This document shows positions 59,444 to 64,000 of a stretch of DNA of 64,000 nt, in pieces. The position numbers and the translations under genes are program-made. Source of the stretch: Klebsormidium nitens (taxonomy: Eukaryota; Plantae; Klebsormidiophyceae); NCBI GenBank assembly GCA_000708835.1, contig DF236961.1, positions 124,001-188,000 on the forward strand. Direction: 5' to 3'. How positions within the stretch are numbered: the stretch's first letter is position 1; the number at the start of each line of letters is the position of its first letter. The notes beneath the pieces are model-generated. The model was not told the origin of the DNA. It searched no databases and was given only the letters and a program-made list of their open reading frames with translations.

Positions 59444-62400
59444 TTATCTCCCCTGCCCCGGCTGCGTCCCACTTCGACTCGACGGCTGCACGCCCGTTGG
59501 TACTGCGAGCCCCCCGGAGGTCCGCCGTGTCCCCGCGGGGCGGTCCGTACCTTCTTCCTCCGCCCACCCGGACAGAACGGCGGTCGTCGGGGTGACGTCA
59601 TGCTCGGTGGGCGCAGGCTGGGTTGCTGACGGCACATGGACGTTGCTGGGCGCGGATGACGCCACCGAGGCGCTCTGGTCCTGTACGACGGTGCCGCTGG
59701 TGGCTTGGCCAGCGGGCGGCGCGGTCTGCTGGTCGGAGGCCTGACAGGAAAATCTGGATGAAGTCAGAACCACAGGAAACTACTGTAAAGATCCTCCGAG
59801 GAGCACGGTGAATGTTACGTCAGAAGCAGGCTAAAAACGGATTTGCTTAAGAGGAAGGAAGGCTGTGGCATGTTCTTGGCAGTAACAGAAGGCAAGTCGC
59901 ACAAACTGAGCGAGTGAGACCTCCATGCTTTGCCAGCACAGAGCCCGACTGCTTCTAGATATCTTTCCGGAAGCAAGACAACTCTTCATGCGCAGTAGAA
60001 GAGTCCGACAACATACTCGAATAGCGGTGTTTCAAGATCTTGAATTACCAGACAAGAGAAGCCGTAGCTATTGATGCCCCCTATTCTTCAAAAAGATGTC
60101 GTACCTCGGGCGCTCGCAAAGGCAGCAGACACCTCCGAAGACATCTCACCAGGCTTGACCAGTGTACTTTCTTGATTGGTAGCGATCGCTCACATCAGAA
60201 CTCGTGCAACCACGTCACAAAGTCACCAACCAAAGTGGTCGCTCACCGGCCCAGACCGCAGCACTTGCGCAGCCAGCGGCGCCGGCATCAGGCAAAGCCC
60301 CCGCTCGAGCAGATACTGCACGGCCCTCTCGGGCCCTGTTTCGAGGTGGTTCAGCAAGTCCTGGGCCACGGACGCGTCTTGGACTGGGAGCGGCCCCTCA
60401 GCGGGGCCTTTGGCGACCTCGGGCAGGCCGGCAGGGAGAGCGGTCGCCAAAGGGGCCGCCGCGTCTTTGCCCAGTCCCAAAACCTAAGAATACAGCGGAT
60501 GAAGAGTGAGTTGGTTAACCTAATCAAGTAACGGGTGTTTGAGTACGGTTTACGGACTGCGCTCGACGCACCAGTCGGTTAAATTTTCTGGCCCACCATA
60601 CGGGTCGCCAAGGGGGCCGCCGTGTCTTTGCCCAGGCCTAAAACCTACGGAAGACAGCGGAATAAGAAATAAGCGAACCGAGTTTCGTCGGTGACTTGAT
60701 GAAGCATGGGCTGATTGAGCCCGGCCCGGAACCTGGGAACACAGCCGCTACCAAAGTAAGATTAGCTATTGATGGGTGTTTAAGCAGGTTAGTTTCTGTG
60801 CCCGACACTCTGGTTGAGTCTGATCACCCAGCATAAGCGTGGGCCTGAACTTTCTAACCAGGCCCAAACTAGACTGTGAGATGGAAGTTTGGTTGCAGGT
60901 AACTTGGGAACTCTTTCTATCATCGAAGTGGAGGACCCAACACATAAGATGCGCCGGAAGGACTACAACACTTTACATGAAGCATTAGTTTTGTAATCCT
61001 GCACCTTGAAGCCTCTGCCTTTGACTTCTTTCGCACAGGAGGTTGGGATCGCATCCCTGGGGCGTGTCGATCAACTCTTGAAGAAGTAAATCTTCAAGCA
61101 GACAGCGGTTGAAGGGGTCTTAGAGAAGAATGAATTCTCACATGCACTTGCAGCTGCATGAATTTGATGTACTCGATGATCTCGCCCAGCATGGTCGCCT
61201 TGTCGTTCGACTTGTGGTGCGGGATCAGCGCCTGCAGCTGCCGCATCCGCTCCGAGATCTTCTCGCGCCGCAGCTGCGAGCGGCGAACAAAAGCGTTTCA
61301 GCCGAGGACCCTTGATCGTGCGACGAGATACTCCCGAAACCATAGGCAACTAGTACGTGTGGATTGACAAGGCTTTGTCGTTTTCGGTTGGCGTGCGGAA
61401 GGAGTTAGGCGCCTAGAGGTAGGAGCGAGACGGCTTGGAAGGGTAACCGTAGAATCTTGGTAGGACGAGGTGTTATACCGTATGTCAGTCAGGTCAATCG
61501 TGCGTCACGTCTTCGCACATTCGCACCCTGAGAATGCCACGCGTGTTCGAGAACAGCTGTGTCAACAGCACACCCCATACCTTCAACCTCAGCAAACGGT
61601 TTCTTACCAGATCAAGACCGATGCTGAGAATCGAAAAGGGCAGCAAGTACGTACTTCTAAACCAGCAAACTCTCCTTAACAGCCAGCGCGGAGCCTATTC
61701 TCACTCGCTCGGCGATGCTGTGGGGGTCCGTCGCCTGGCCCCTCCTGGCTCGGGTCGTCTTAATGTGGGTCTCGGGTAGAACCTCCTCCTTCTTTTCCTG
61801 CGTCTCCATGCTCCGTGCGGGAAGATGCACTCCGCCGTATCCCGCCATTTGCTGACGAGGAGATTACATAAATTTCATTCATCTCGACTTCACGCTGCGT
61901 TTTGAAGCCATTACGGGTCTTGAGGCGAAGCCGATGTTATAAAGGTCGCGAGTAAGCAGGGAACGTCAACGCTGAGCTGCAACTCGTAGTCTATGCCCGC
62001 CCAGGATGCTGAGACAACCCAGCAAAGACAAGAACAAAAAGTATGTGGGGTTCAGAAGCATGATTGCCACGCGTGATAGTCTCAGTGGTTAAGTCTCTTC
62101 TTCGCACTTCGAAGACGGTGGGCTTCCATGCGCAATCAGAAGCCAGACGTCCATTTGGTCGATTTGGCCCCGTGGAAACTGGAAGCTGCCGCCAACTAAA
62201 CGGCCGTTCCACAAAAAACTTTCAAACGGTCGTGGCAATATATCAAACCATCGCAGCACGCAGACGGTCTTGTTGCGGCGTGTACTTTACCTGCTGAAAG
62301 TCAAGCGACGCCGTAGGGGGCTGGTAGATGAAGGGCAGGCCGGGGGCGATTTTGGACGGCCGAACGGAGGGCTCGAGGCCCGGGCGGCGCAAGTACTGCG

Positions 62401-64000
62401 TAGGGGGGTCGATGGGCGCCGGGGGGCCGCCAGCGGTGAAGACGGGCGCAGGAGGAATGCGCTGCGGGAAGACAGGGAGGGATTCAGGCTTACTGATCTG
62501 TGTACAACTTTCGAGTGAGGTCGAGAGAGTAGAAACACACGACTGGTGTGTCTGATTGTCATGTATTAGGTTCCTGTCTTGAAGTTACACTGTACGAAAC
62601 ACGAGGGTTGGACGCCGGTGAGCTCGTGGAGAGACAGCACCGAACTCTGGACGTGCCGGAAACTGATGTTGAGGAAAGCCAGCATACGGAATGGAAGGTT
62701 CCTTCCAAAATGCCACGCAGTCCGACGCTCACCAGCTCGAGCGGGTTTGAAGCCGCCGGCGTGGGCTTCCTTGCTTTCTTCCTCTGAGGAGCGCTCTCTG
62801 CGCTTGCCTCGTCGCCGGAACCGCCCGGAACTCCACGCTTGCCACTCGTCTGAGATCGGCCAGCCATCTGACAGGGAGCTCTTGGCCTCTTTACTTGTGT
62901 CGCCTTAGGGATCTTCTTTTGGATTCATAAGGTACTGCTCTCGGGTGGCAAGAAAGTCGAGCTTAGGCACGAAAAGTTAGGGCGCTTGAGGAAACCGGAA
63001 GGCAAAGTCAAATCTCCTCGAGATGGACGGGGAGAAGGTAAAGCATGTGAAATCCGGGTTTGTTGATAGAGAGCCTGCCCTTGAGCAAATCACGTTCCCT
63101 TAGTCCCAACACAGAAAGCAGCTCGAAGTTGCAGCAGGACGTTGGAAGAATTGAATCTGACGACTTGGCCTCGCTTATCTTTCTGTACAACCTTCGGCCC
63201 GCTCAGCTTCCTGTACAACCTTTGGCGCGCTCAATAGCCTTGCTCTCGTCACATACTAGTCAAACCAGAATCTCACCTCGGACTGCGCATCCCCGGGCCG
63301 TTGCCCCCCTTGCCCAGCGGCGCCACTCGGCCCCGCTTTTACAGTGAAGCTCTGACCAGAGGGATACGCCAGGCCGCGAGCGCGCGCGCGTGCCCCTGCC
63401 GGGTTGTCCTGTGGAAGCATCCCCGAGTGCATCGACTGAGGGGGCTCTCCAACGAACTCGTTTAGAGCTTCCTGCAGCGGACCGCTCTGCCACAGCTTGG
63501 CCGCCTTTTGCGCTGTGGCCATGGACGCTGCGGTCGGGTAGCTCGCCTGAGGGCTCCCGATGCCACCAAACTGCGGCGAACAAGAGAACTCATCAATCTG
63601 TTACTGAGAAAGTTGCAACACTTCCGACATAACGTAGGAGACAATGGTGCGTTAATGCACAAGGCCTTGATCCTTTCACAAAAGGCAAAATCATAGCTCT
63701 GTGGAACAAGTGTCATTAAGTCGAAGCGAGGAGCAGTACTCCAATCAAATGTGGGAGCTGTGACTCGCATGTACAAGTGCGTTTTGAGCAAGCAATAACT
63801 GCAAGCTTTAACATGCCAAGAACATCTAACAGCAATCTTCGATATGAAGTTCCTACACACTTCTCTTCTGACTTCGATCAAGCAGATTAGGATCGTCCTT
63901 CAAGATGGTGAATAAGATATAAGCCCACCTGCTGTGCTTCTCTCTGGCGCGCCTGCTCCCTCAGCTGTTTCCGCTGATCCATCCGGTCCTGCTGCGCCAA
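59444..64000 (-). CDS. LRL: LRL/UNE12-type bHLH transcription factor (subfamily XI-like), at least 494 aa, 5' end beyond the window; exons 64000-63929, 63570-63277, 62867-62733, 62461-62291, 61851-61705, 61273-61142, 60483-60247, 59740-59444
   Basis: RARRGQATDPHSIAER|LRREKISERMRQLQALIP...DKATMLGEIIEYIKFMQLQV and the C-terminal LRL domain AVQYLLERGLCLMP. All junctions phase 0. Confidence 0.9.
60579..60644 (-). other. Duplicated acceptor plus exon start forming a candidate alternative terminal mini-exon of the bHLH gene
   Basis: ttccgtag|GTTTTAGGCCTGGGCAAAGACACGGCGGCCCCCTTGGCGACC...TAA translates as VLGLGKDTAAPLATRMVGQKI*; the real exon starts VLGLGKDAAAPLATAL. Confidence 0.7.

Overview
Eukaryotic, intron-rich, gene-dense nuclear DNA. 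The gene content and splice style suggest a streptophyte green alga such as Klebsormidium; this is inference and was not searched. I spliced 12 protein-coding genes by hand from GT/GC-AG junctions and phase continuity: a Xi-class GST/glutathionyl-hydroquinone reductase (3' part), an intronless GT-A glycosyltransferase, a head-to-head pair of paralogous His/Gln-rich microproteins, a giant Sfi1-repeat protein, a YqgE/AlgH (DUF179) protein, NUP54, SPF45, a double-WRC protein, URM1, a 19-exon two-pore channel and an LRL-type bHLH (5' end outside the window). No rRNA, tRNA, CRISPR array or intact transposase was seen. Main leads: (1) recurrent tandem duplication of splice acceptors or donors with exon ends, leaving stacks of decoy splice sites in four unrelated genes, including a triple acceptor in the AG-selecting factor SPF45; (2) a TPC with a non-canonical selectivity filter, an Arg-to-His gating-charge change and degenerate EF hands; (3) the uncharacterised microprotein pair; (4) a dispersed G-quadruplex-like element and a GTAC/hairpin-dense block between the WRC gene and URM1.
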